Shown: positions 22,273 through 33,670 of the stretch, piece by piece
Numbering within the stretch: the stretch's first letter is position 1
Layout of the letters: each line of letters starts with the position of its first letter
Assembly: GCA_965113315.1 (NCBI GenBank)
Contig: OZ220375.1
DNA: 64,000 nucleotides
Reading direction: 5' to 3' (one strand)
From: Podarcis vaucheri
Lineage: Eukaryota
Program-made: the position numbers and the translations under genes
Notes under the pieces: generated by a model
Databases searched by the model: none
Told to the model about the DNA's origin: nothing
The model's input: only the letters and a program-made list of their open reading frames with translations

Positions 22273-22861
22273 CGGCGGGTCCACACCAGCAGAATGCCTG
22301 CTTCACAGCATCTTCCCCTGGAAATAGTAGGAAAGGCAGAGATGTAAACAGAGCGGGTACGGTGGGCAGATCAAATAGCCAGAGCTTGAATTACACGGGG
22401 AGCAGTAGAAGCCTGGTTTCCTTACCTATTGCTTTTAGAAGGCTGAAGAGGAAAGAGATGATTCGGCTAAATCCTGAAGGAATCAGGGACTGGGGGGGGC
22501 TATGAATGTAATTCACCTCCCTTCCCTAACCCAAGACACATGCTGGTTTCATTTAAGTAAGTTTGTACTCAATCTTTCTATCTAAGAATGCCCAACGAGG
22601 CTAAAAGCAAAATATAAAAGCAACATCAATGTAACCAAGTTAAGCTGGTCAGTTGAGAACAATATGAAAACAAGACAGCAGCAGTTAAAATATTGAAGGA
22701 AATAAAAATCCTCCAATTAAACAAATGTCAACTGGAATTGATCTGTCTTAAAGCAATGGCAAAAAATTATCAGAGGAAACACCAGAAGGGTCTCCTTGGG
22801 CAGACAATTCCCCAGACTCCATGTGGCCACAGAAAGGTTCACTCATGTGTGATCCCATTGA

Positions 22862-23415
22862 ATCTTTCTTTCTCTCTCTTTCTTTCTCTTTGTTTATGCA
22901 TTTTTACAACTTATATATACACCATAAAATATTCATCATTATTTCTTATCCTTGGACTTCCCAGTCTAACTCTCCATGGTGTTCTAGGTAGTCTTTTGTC
23001 GGCTGCATAATCTATTATTCCATCCATTTTTGTCACAAATCTTCCTTTATTTAATGTTATCTGCTGCTCTTATGTTCATTCCTACTTGTAGGTTAAACTA
23101 TTATACCCTCTGAGATACTTTTCAAAACACTTCCACTCATCTCTTATCCGTGACTCATCCTTATTTCTTAGTTTAGCGGTCATAGTTACTAATTCTGTGT
23201 ATTCTATCAATTTATTCTGCCATATTTCTTTCGTGGGAATCTTTTTTTCTTTCCATTTCTTCACATATACCACTTTAGCTGCGGTGGTTGCGTTTAAAAA
23301 GAGATCAAGTGCCTTTTTCAGGACATCCTAATAGAAAGGCCTCAGGTCTTTTGGGAAATGTGATCTTAAGGATCTTTTTAAATTCTGTATTAATCATCTC
23401 CCAGAATTCTCTAGC
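22862..23415 (-). mobile_element. L1/Tx1-like LINE fragment (ORF2 C-terminus and 3'UTR)
   Basis: ORF 23082-23273, VKKWKEKKIPTKEIWQNKL...DEWKCFEKYL, is typical of an L1-clade ORF2 end. A-rich on the minus strand. Confidence 0.7.
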
Positions 23416-23556
23416 ATAGTTCCCATTGAATTTCAGCTAAAAGCAGAACTTACTACGAAGCCTTTACAATGTGTTTTCATGTGCCTGAGTTGGGTACAAA
23501 TACTTTAAATGAACAAACAAGCATGTCTGGTATCCCCAGCTTAAATCAGACCTCAC

Positions 23557-23798
23557 CAGGTGTCAGCAACCTTTTTCAGCCCCTACGGTCCCTCAGACCA
23601 TGTGGTGGGCTGGACTATATTTTTTTGGGGAAACCGAACGAATTCCTATGCTCCACAAATAACCCAGAGATGCATTTTTAATAAAAGGGCACATTCTACC
23701 CATGCAAAAACACGCTGATTCCCGGACCATCTGTGGGCCAGATTGAGAAAGCGATTGGGCCGCATCCAGCCCAACAGGCCTTAGGTTGCCTGCCCCTG
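23557..23798. mobile_element. Non-autonomous hAT element
   Basis: Termini CAGGTGTCAGCAACCT...AGGTTGCCTGCCCCTG. No clean TSD. Confidence 0.55.
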
Positions 23799-24229
23799 CT
23801 CTACACCCAAGGATGCAGAAGTCTCCCCCACAGCGAGTGTGTCCTGAACTTCCCAGATAACTTGTTCAGCTCTTAGCTCTAACCCAAATCTTTCCCTGGT
23901 TTAAATCCTCGCCCAAGGAACCCAGGCATCCTGACCACCAAGCTGACTGGCTGGACTTCACTGTTTTCAGTGCTCATCCGAAGCACCCCAACTCCAAGTC
24001 TGCTGCTCCCTTCCCAGACAAGCCAGGATCACTGCAGGGAAACTCCGTGTGAAAAGGCTGTTTACCTCTGAATCAGAGGTGCGGGTGGGGGGGGGGGGTA
24101 AACAAGAAACGGGAGGACCACCATCATCTTTATCCAGCCCCTCCGGATGGATGAGCTTTCGGCCTGGCCCAGAAAATGCCATCCTTGACCCTAGCAACCC
24201 CCCCACCACCTGCCCCAAATCTTGCTTTC

Positions 24230-24950
24230 TTACCTCCTAGGCCCCTTTCGATGGAGCCTCTGAACCAATCAAAGAGCCCAGCCCAGCGTCCCGGCTCCCG
24301 AGTTCCCCTCCGGGGCTCTTAACCCGCCCCACACCCTCCAAGCCGCCTGCCCTCCAAATTTCACCGGCCCCCTCCCTCCCGGGCATCCTGGCTGCCAGCC
24401 AAAAGCGTCCCAACCCCGTTTAGATCTCTCCCCCTCCGCCCCCAGCTGCGATCTCCGATCAGATCCCGCTCGTCCTCCTCCCTGAACGAGTCCGGCTTCT
24501 TGGCGGAGAGAACAATAGCCCGGAGCTGGGCGAGCATGGCCAAAGGTGGAGGGCAGGGGACCCGCCGCTGGCCAGGCGGCCGGGGGCCGCGCCATCGACG
24601 GTGCTCGTGCTGCAAGCCCTCCGCCCCGCGCCTCTGGGTTGACTCGGGGTCCCTTTGTCCCTCCCTCTCCCCCCCCCGCCTGCCCACCCCCCATTGGCAC
24701 GCGAGTCCCCTACTCATCCTCGGGCATTGCACCCGGCAGCCGCTCCTGGCCGCTGACATCCCCTCCTCCTGCTCCACAAAGGAATCCCTCACCTGTACCT
24801 GCTCCATCCAGGCTGGTACCGGGGAGATTCTGCAGCGCCGCCGCCGTCCCTGTGCAACTTTCCGCCTCCTTCAGGGGGAAGAAACAGTTGGGAAAACTCC
24901 CCTCCCCCTTTTCCCTCCTCCCCATCCCGAATGCGCACCTCCCCTTTAAG
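24230..24950 (-). promoter_or_regulatory. ZNF784: CpG-island promoter and first exon(s) of ZNF784
   Basis: CpG-rich. Minus-strand donors CAG|GTGAGG (24793/24792) and GAG|GTAAGA (24234/24233). ETS-like GCGGAAAGT at ~24857-24865. Confidence 0.65.
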
Positions 24951-27089
24951 TGCAACCAAAAAGGAAATTAAAGGGAACTGGGAGATGGCCCTGGCTTTTT
25001 GTCTGCAGTCAGAAATACAAGCAATACATGACCACTCTTCCCCCCCCGCCCCACCTCCTTTCCCTCTTTTAAAGACACAGCCGCCCCGCTTGCAAAGTAG
25101 GGAGAATCAGAGGCTGGTTCTGTGATTTAGCTTAGTTCAAATACGCTTTATCCGCGGTGTAATAAACCAGGATGAATTAGAATAGGGTCTGTACTGCAAA
25201 GCACTTTTTGAGGTTCCAAATGCTCGCGTTTGCATCTTTATTCTACTCACGAGAGCATAAGACACCCCCCAGTCCATATCCTGTTCTTTCAGTGGTGAAC
25301 CAGATGCCAATGGGAAGACCACAAGCAAGGCATTAACGAAACAGCCCTCTCCCCTTTTGTGACTGGTATTCAGAGACACACTGCCTCCAACACTGGGTTG
25401 TAGAACACAGCCATTGTGATTAGTAGCTATCTGTAGTTTCATCCTCCACGAATTTGTCTGTCTGGGTTGGTGGCTAGCACCTCATACTGTGGGAGCAGAT
25501 TCCACAGTTTAACCAGGCACGTGCGCCTTTCTGGAATCTTCTAACGTTCTCAGGACGGCCCTGAGAGAGAGGTTTTTCCTCTCTGTCCACTTCCCCCACA
25601 TCACACACAATTCCATACAACTTCCTCATGAAAAAGCAGGTTTAAAAATCTATTTTTAACATATACTATCATACCAGCATCTCCGCTGTAACAACTTTTA
25701 TCTTTTCTCTCTAGACTGAGGAGCAGGATGTCATCGAACCAGTATGTACACCCTAAAACATATTCTGAACTGATGTCAGTTTGCTTTGAACAATTCTGTA
25801 TGCAGTTTTTCAAAGGAGAATTTGCATTTCCAAGCACGCCTGCTTTCATTCCACATCCCTTCCCCTAAAGCAAGGTTCTGGACTGCTTGGCCAATGTATG
25901 GGTCAAGCTGGGAAAACAAGCATTTACTCTATGACCTCTGTGCTCATGTTCCTGTACCGCTTTATCCTGGTAGGCTAACATACCCAGCTTTTAAAACTAA
26001 AATAATAAGCATTCCAAATTCTCTGGAAATGCAAATGTTGGGTTCATAATAAAGCATGTAGCTGAGAAAGCTTATGCAAAACAAGTGATATACTTACATT
26101 TTATTGATTTACATATTTTGAGTACTCAGCTGGCAGATTCTTGACGCATATTTGGTTTTTGTAATAAAAAAAAAAATCATAAAAGGATGCTACGTTCAGT
26201 GTGCATCCCACACTTCCTCCTTCAACAAAACCTCTTTAGAGAAAGCCAAGACAGACCACTGAGCCATCTGTTTTGTCCGCTCCACAATGCCAGGCAGCGG
26301 CAATCCATGGTTTCAGAGTGGAGTTTCTCTAAGACCTACCTGGAGGTCAGGGATTGAACCTAGGACCATCTGCAATGAAGAGCAGCTGCTCTACCCCTGA
26401 GCTTATAGCACTCACCCCACTTGCTATGTTCAAGGAAATCAAGTGATTCTCCACATCTTGAGAAAAGACCTTTTGCAAATGTCTAGAAGTTACACAGCTG
26501 AAAGGCACTCTTCTCAAACCCAGCAAAGGGCTAAATTCTTGCCAACGGATCTACATCCTCTCAACGAAATGGAAGTAACACAGCAGAACTTTATTCGTTT
26601 AGCACACAAAGATGAACCAAAACCCCAGAGGATTGTTTTTAATTAAAAAAAAAAAGGAAGACACACACAGTTTAAAAATTCCACACTAAATATGAAGCAG
26701 AGGAAACATGATCCAGGAATCTCCCTGGCAAGCTTTGGAGGTACCAGGCTAGCCGATACCTTGGAACACATGCCTGTATATCGATGTCTCCTGATTGTTT
26801 CTCCCTGTCGAGGAAACAGAGGTTCTATGTTTGTTAATTATTGTAGGAAACCACAGCAGTCTTATCACATACATCCCACAGGCAGTAAGCCTGGGATGAA
26901 GACCAACATTTTCTGTTGCTGCATATCTGGGGTTGAAACCCACCCACCCCGTAAGTATATAGACCATGGCCTGCAACTCTTTGGGAAGCTGGTTGAAATG
27001 GTTCTAATTAGGGGGCAGAAGAAAACAAGGCCTGACCAGAGTTGATGGGTCCACACATGGATCTGATCTGGAGGCTGTACTACCAGTAG

Positions 27090-27113
27090 CAGCAGCAGCA
27101 GCAGCAGCAGCAG
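27090..27113. repeat. (CAG)8 / (CTG)8 microsatellite
   Basis: Read directly from the sequence. Confidence 0.9.
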
Positions 27114-28688
27114 CCGCTGGAAGGAATGTAGAATCACCAACTCTGTTTCCCTGGAAAAATCTGGAGGGTTTGGAAATAAGAGACTGTTAAGGCTGGTAAG
27201 TTGGGGAATATCCCATATTCCATCCTTCAACACCCATACTCCCCATCTACATTTTTAAATAATAGTAATAATTCAGAGCCAGAATTCATTAAAGCAGTGC
27301 TTTATAGATGGAAGGACAGGTTAGGAGGAGCCTTAAGGAAATGCAAAAAAAACCCCAACCCTGGACTCCTTCTAATTTTAGCCAAATTGTGGTCCCCTGT
27401 AGCCTTCAAAAAGCAGTAGCCAAGGGGGCTGCTGCAACAGGTAAAGGGTGCCAGGCCCTCTCTGGCTCCCCTGTAATTTGGGCACTGCCTTAAAGAAAAG
27501 TGACTTTCTTCCTGCACATGGAATTCAGCTGATGTTTCACCCAGCCTTCTCTTGCCTCTTGCTCATACTCCTTCAATAGGCTCTTTATTGTAAAGGAAGG
27601 AGGGGGAGAAATTTGGGCCCAGGCGTTCTTGAGGTGGAATGTCAGGATTCAAGGCCACAGCCTCCATCGTACATCAAGTAGCCATGCAGCTGTATGAGAC
27701 GCTTGCAGAGGACTCAAAATAAAGAACCAAAATTTGCCAGATTCGATTTGAACCTCTCGCTAAATTCAACTGGAAGCCCTGCATGGCTATTGTAGAGTAA
27801 GGAGAGTTCTCTTCATGGCTGCCCACCACCTGCTTTTAATCTGGAACCAAATTCTGCATGAAAGCAAAGCAGATCTTCCTAAAATAGGCATGCGCTAGTT
27901 TTCCTGACAGGCTGAGGTCTCCGTACTGTGTCTGTGGGTCACAATGCATACATGAGAGGGCTAGCCCCTAGTAGATTCGAAGGCCAAGTCTGCCGATGAG
28001 GAGGTTTTTAACAGGCATGCATTGCCATTCTGCATGATAGCATACCCTCCAGGCATACACAGAGGGGACAGTGTCTGCGCCATAATGCAGGTTCTAGGCA
28101 GGGTCTGCTGGATTCCTCCCTCCACATATCCCCAATATGCCGCAAGAACTTCTCCCTATGACACCGTGGCAGAAACAGATGCTAGAAGGCAATGCTCTGT
28201 GTTGCAGAGCTTGGCCCGTGAATCCATGCTGGATGTGAGTGACCTATGGGGGTAGTGGAAACTCGGGTGGGGACAAAGCAGGAGGCAAAGAATCCCCCTG
28301 CCAGGTTGCGAGAAGCACAGACAGATGGGATAGACAAGGTTCTACAAAAGGCGGAAGGTAGGCCAGTGTGTCCATACCAAGTCCTTGCGGCCTGAGAAGG
28401 CAGGAGGGACCTAAGCTGGGATTTTGCAAGCTGGCTATCGCATGCCGGATAGTTTGTGGCATAGGTGGGTGAGGTTCTCCATTCCCATTTCCCCCATGCA
28501 ACAGCTAGTCATTGGGCCAGCAAATGGAGAAGTATCAGGTCCATAAAGACATGGCATCTGCAGGCCAGGGTTGCCGTCGCATGGGTGGGTGCCTAGCTGC
28601 GCCCAGGTGGTAGATGTCTAAGGCCTGGGTGGGCAGCGAGGTTCTCATGCCTCTCGTGGCACAACTTCAGTCTCGAAAAGGCTGGCCT

Positions 28689-29447
28689 TTACGGCGTCGG
28701 GAGGAGCTGCAGGCGGTGCTTCCGGCGGATGTGCCTCTGGAGGGTGTTGCGCTCCCCAAAGCGCATGTGGCAGGCCTCGCACTGGTAGGGCCGCTCCCCC
28801 GTGTGCACCCGCTGGTGGTGCGAGAGCTCCCCCGAGTCACGGAAGCTGCGCTGGCAGATGGGGCACTGGTGGGGCTTCCGGCCCGAGTGGGTGTACTTGT
28901 GGCGCTCCAAGTGGGACGTGCGCTTGAAGGCCTTGCCGCACGCCCGGCAGACGTGGGGCTTGCTCTCCGAGTGGGTGATACTGTGGCGCTGCAGGTAAGA
29001 CAGGTACTCAAATGTCCGCGAGCACACGGGACAGCTGTACACCTTGCGCAAGGACCCTCCGCTCCCGCCCCCTTCTGGGTCCCCTGCCGCTCCCACCCCC
29101 TCTTCCACCAGCACTGTGTATGGCAGCCCTTGGCTGTCAATCAGCAAGTAGCGCCCCAGTCGAGAGGGTTCCCCTTGTTCTGTGCCTCCTGTCCCTCCAG
29201 GAACAAGTGCCCGCCTCCCTGCTCCTGGCAGCCCATTCAATCCCTGAAGGAGGGCGCTACCAGGAGAAGGCAATGGCGGGCGAGAGAGTTTAGGAGGCGA
29301 CGTTTGGACACCCCCTCCCTCACCCCCCAGCTCCAGCTTGATGGGTTGTCCCGCATGGCTTGATGGCTCTTGTGGACTGAGGGGTTCCAAGGTTTCTGGT
29401 GGTCTTTGGGAGTCTCCTATAGACTTGGAATGTCTCTGCAGCTCCAT
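28689..29447 (-). CDS. ZNF581: ZNF581/ZNF580-family zinc finger protein (252 aa, 4 C2H2 fingers)
   Basis: Minus-strand acceptor ctttcttattgcag|A at 29491/29490, ATG at 29447. [17 protein letters not shown] and [25 protein letters not shown] match recalled human ZNF581. The RLGR just before the motif is ZNF580-like. Confidence 0.8.
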   Translation of the reverse strand: MELQRHSKSIGDSQRPPETLEPLSPQEPSSHAGQPIKLELGGEGGGVQTSPPKLSRPPLPSPGSALLQGLNGLPGAGRRALVPGGTGGTEQGEPSRLGRYLLIDSQGLPYTVLVEEGVGAAGDPEGGGSGGSLRKVYSCPVCSRTFEYLSYLQRHSITHSESKPHVCRACGKAFKRTSHLERHKYTHSGRKPHQCPICQRSFRDSGELSHHQRVHTGERPYQCEACHMRFGERNTLQRHIRRKHRLQLLPTP

Positions 29448-29589
29448 AAGTATCTCCTTATGTGTATTCCCTTGGGTTGGAATGCCAGGTCTGCAATAAG
29501 AAAGAAAGCACATTAATTGGGAAAAGTGGGAGGGGGGAGTCATATGGGTCACACAACTTTTAGAGCTGCAATTATGTAGGGCTGCCAGT

Positions 29590-29810
29590 AAGGCTGGGCA
29601 ATATCTAGTTTTCAACATTGTGATATATCACCAGCTAAACATAGCAAAACATATTGATATATCACAATGTCTGAAATAAGGATGGAGCTATATAGATGTA
29701 TTAGCTGGCATCACAGTTTTTCCCACATACGCACACACACAGAGGATTTGTGATATACTGCCAGATCAAAAATTATGAAACGGTTATCATGATATGGACT
29801 TCAGCCCTAG
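29590..29810. mobile_element. Old CpG-decayed hAT-like MITE in the ZNF581-like intron
   Basis: Termini ggctgggcaatat...atat...cagccctag with repeated gatat/atatc motifs. Confidence 0.4.
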
Positions 29811-30759
29811 CTGCCAGCCAATTAAAAGAGCTGTACTGCAACTGATTTGTCACCCACTTGTCTTTTTTTTAAAGAATCAATTCCATTAATAAATAGCCTA
29901 TAACCAACCCTCAATATGGATGCTTTTTAGAGAGACTAATATAGCCCTTTAGAGAAGCCAAATATAGCTAGCAGCGTAATAAAGAACAGCTACCACTCAT
30001 TGTTTAGAATAGGAGGTATTTTGAATGTTTTCTTATTCACGCTTGGTACACCAATATCAGAACCACAATATCTACACATAATAAGTCATTGCGTCCTTAC
30101 TGTACAACACTACCCAACAACTTTGGTGTCTACTGATTACTCAGTCGACAGCCCAAAGTCACACATGCTTACATGGAAACAAGACTTTGTTTGATGGGAC
30201 TTACTCCCGGGCAGGTCTAAGGCTGCAATCCTAAGCACACTTACTTGACAGTAAATCTACTTGAATTTGGCAAACAAGCACAGGACTGGACTGCAAAATT
30301 TTAGCTGGTTCGTTTATGAAGCTTACAGCCCCAGCAAATAAAGCTACTAACCCTGCAATCCTATACAGATTTAATTAAGTGTTGTTCCTATTGGACATTG
30401 AGGGACTGACTTCACACTTGCCTGGGCTGCTCCTTCCCTAGATTTGGCGATTTCACACATGTTGAGTTCCAAGGAAGCTTCCTAGCAAAATTCTTAAAGA
30501 CACATACTGTACAAAGTAGCATGTGAATGCAACCTTTGTTTTTTACCATCTGTGGAAAGAACCAGATCTTATTGAGCTGTAGGCTACAGGTGAGTGATCT
30601 AAAGCCCCCAACATTGTTTTATGGGGCTTCCAGCTTCCTCTGAACTCTGGACTCTCATACTTCCATCCCCCCCCCACCCTGAGTTCCTCCTTCCTGTTGG
30701 CTTCTTCTTTATTTTTTCCATCTTTTGCCTCTCCCTCTCTCTCTTCCTCCTCCCCTTAA

Positions 30760-30834
30760 AGGAGTGCCTGGCGTGCTCTGGTCCATGGGGTCAGGAAGAG
30801 TCAGACACAACTAAACAACTAAACAACAACAACA
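30760..30834 (+). mobile_element. RTE/BovB (or BovB-tailed SINE) 3'-end fragment
   Basis: aggagtgcctggcgtgctctggtccatggggtc...ctaaacaacaacaac is nearly identical to 38033-38109. Confidence 0.8.
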
Positions 30835-31907
30835 GAAGGGGAAAGATTTTGAATGATACATATAAACTGGTTTTAAATTTTTTTCTGGCTGTATCATCAT
30901 AATAATTATCACTTCCTGAATTTATATCCCACCCTTCCTCTCGAATGAGCCCAGGATGGCAAACAGATCTACAATTCAAAAATAAAAACAAAGTAGAAAC
31001 AGATTAAAACATTCAAACAATAATTGCAATTAAAAGCATACTTCTATCCAATGTTCTAGTATGCCAGTATTCAGTGTTCAGTTTGAGGAAATGCATTCCA
31101 GAACATTAACTGTATTGGTTTGTTATACTGTACAGTACTTTAAAAAAAGTATTTGTACACTTATTTGAGAATAAACCTATCAAACCCAGTGATGCTTATT
31201 TCTGAGTAGACCTGTATAGAGGTGGTAGTTTAATTTGAAGTAAAAGTGGTGAAAATAGAAGAGTGATGTTTATTCCAGATTAGTTAAGCCAGAACAAATA
31301 TGTCTGTGGCTCTTCCCATCAATTCTGGCTCCATCTACTGCTAGCATTTGGCCACCCTGAAAGATGACCCCTGAAGGAATGTGGCCCTCAAAAGGAAAAA
31401 AAAACCATGCCTAGCTCATCTATAGCAGGTATATATAATACCATCAACCATTACAGCAGAGTTAGATGGCAGGGGGTCTATCTAAATAAATGCTGTCTAA
31501 AAGGCCACAGTAGGAAGATGTGATAAGATTTCATCCTCTACTCAGGCAAGGAGGGAGGAGAGGTTACAACATGGAGAAGGAACCACTAAAAATGGAAAGA
31601 ACTTGGAAAACGTGGAAATGTAGTGCCAGAATCTAGGTATATAGTATCTATATACCTCTTCACTAACACCTAGAAGTTTGTGAGAATCCCTGACCTGAGG
31701 CTGTTGGGGGGAAAGTCCTGATATTATTACACCTCAGCTATACCAAAGTATAGCAAGCAGTTTGTGTTGCAGTGTGAATGTGTGGTCAAAGGTGGGGTTG
31801 GGGTTCACACGTCTCCTCTGCCTGTCCTCCATTTCTGGTTTTGTCCAACATTCTGCCAAATACTTCTAGGAAGCTTACAAAGTAGGGTGTTTAGAGGCAT
31901 ACTGATA

Positions 31908-32149
31908 CAGTGGTACCTTGGGTTACATACGCTTCAGGTTACATACGCTTCAGGTTACAGACTCTGCTAACCCAGAAATAGTGCTTCAGGTTAAGAACTT
32001 TGCTTCAGGATAAGAACAGAAATCGGGCTCCAGCGGTGCGGCGGCAGCAGGAGGCCCCATTAGCTAAAGTGGTGCTTCAGGTTAAGAACAGTTTCAGGTT
32101 AAGAACGGACCTCCGGAACAAATTAAGTACTTACCCCAAGGTACCACTG
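31908..32149 (+). mobile_element. Tc1/mariner-type MITE, family A
   Basis: TA|CAGTGGTACC...GGTACCACTG|TA, 242 bp. Confidence 0.85.
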
Positions 32150-32532
32150 TACTGAAGATCAAATTAGCTATCATGGTCATTCATATGGTCAAAGCTGGGG
32201 TGGAATAAATGGGAATGGCTCTGGTGGGTGGAGCTGAGGGAAGATATGGTGGGAGAGCTTTGGTGGGGTGGGTGGGACTTGGAGCACTTCCACTTTCTGT
32301 AGGCATCAACTGCCTCCATCCCCGGCTCTGGGGCTCTTCCATCAACATTCTAATATAGGCCACCTGTCATTAGGTTATGCAACAGCTTTCCTAAACTCCT
32401 AGTCTTGCAGACTTACACACAGCCTAAGGACTGGCATCAAAATTCCAAAATATCTTTCTTGGCAGACACCCAGGTTACTTTCTCTCTCACTTAGCCCCCT
32501 TCCTCCATATGAAGAACTGGATCCAAACTTAC

Positions 32533-33089
32533 CCTGCTTGGGTGGCGTTCCAAAGTCTCAATCTCAACTCTCATTTCTGCACCAAAACCTCATGCCAAGG
32601 TGAGGCAGGCACCAGAACATGCCCTTTGCTTCCATCCTGGCGTGAAGTAAGCTGTAATGTCCAGGTGGAGAACAGAGGGGTCTTCCAGTCTATGATCCAA
32701 GGCGGCAGTATTAGCTGGCAGTGGATGGCACGGATCCGAGCGAAACAGTTAGCGGCACCAATCCGGGGCGCATGTTGGATCGTAGCCGGCAACAGAACGT
32801 GGCCCAGGTCCAAAGTTACCATGAAGAAAGAGGAAGGGATTGAGCAATGCCACCTTGGCACCCGAGGCACGGCAGGCGGATCTAGAAGTAGCAACCCAAG
32901 AAGCAGCAAAGTTGCCCGGCAGCAATGATCCAGAGGAAGCGATATATGGCACCTATCCAGCAGGCACGCACGTTCTGGCAAAGGTAAAAGGATCCAAGCC
33001 TTCAGGTTTCGGGGAGTTGGCATCCGGCTCCAAACGTCAGTTTAGCAACAGCAGCAACAGCAGCCTCCACCCACCAACCCGCCGCCCCG
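32533..33089 (-). other. Candidate 5' exon of the ZNF581-like gene
   Basis: Strong donor AGG|GTAAGT at 32533/32532. Possible acceptor ccctctctgctatcaag|C at 33090/33089, so the 5' edge is uncertain. Lies just downstream of the CpG island. Confidence 0.5.
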
Positions 33090-33269
33090 CTTGATAGCAG
33101 AGAGGGATATTAGGATAAGAGGGAGGTAAGCCTCCCCAGGTGCCCCTCCGCTCCCCCCAGAAAGCAAAGCCGTGGGCATCCAGAGCCAGGTGCCCTCTTG
33201 CCCCGCTGCCTCCCCCTGCAGCTGCCCATCAGAAGCCCAGGCTATTCAGGGCAGAGAAGGGGAAACTGA

Positions 33270-33670
33270 GGACGGGGGGGGGAGACCCCGGGGTGCCCTG
33301 AGGAGGGGGGGAGGGTCTCTGTCAGGGTGGGGCTAAGCGAGGGGGGCTTCTACCTCGCTCTTCCTGGGGGAGGTTGGAGGTGGTGGGGAAGGAGGAGGAG
33401 GTGGGTGTCGCAGCGAAAAGTGTCCTGACGGAAACGCGGCGGCTTCTCCCACCGGCTCACGCCGAAGAGGTTCCCAGATCAACGTTCGTCCTCTCGCGCA
33501 CAGAGGGAGCGGGTCGCGGAGGTGGCTTCTCGCGCACCTTCTGTAGAGCCAAGGGGGATCCTGCCCCCCCCCGGGCGAGGGCGCTCGCCTCCGCGACCCA
33601 CGGAGACCCTGCCTCGCCTCCCTTCCCTCCACCGCCTCCTCTCCAGAACTTGGCGCAGCCCCTGAATCTG
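33270..33670 (-). promoter_or_regulatory. CpG-island promoter of the ZNF581-like gene
   Basis: CpG-dense. Two TCTCGCGCAC motifs. Candidate minus-strand donors near 33461 and 33354. Confidence 0.65.

Noticed and set aside
28614-29363. 249-aa plus-strand ORF
   Set aside because: Antisense shadow of the ZNF581-like zinc-finger exon.
29448-29618. N-terminal 57 aa of the 309-aa ORF in the track
   Set aside because: Non-ATG start, and most of it lies in the intron beyond the acceptor at 29491.
31920-32110. Repeated GCTTCAGGTTA units resembling a CRISPR-like array
   Set aside because: Internal subrepeats of a TA-flanked MITE, with no unique spacers, in a eukaryotic context.
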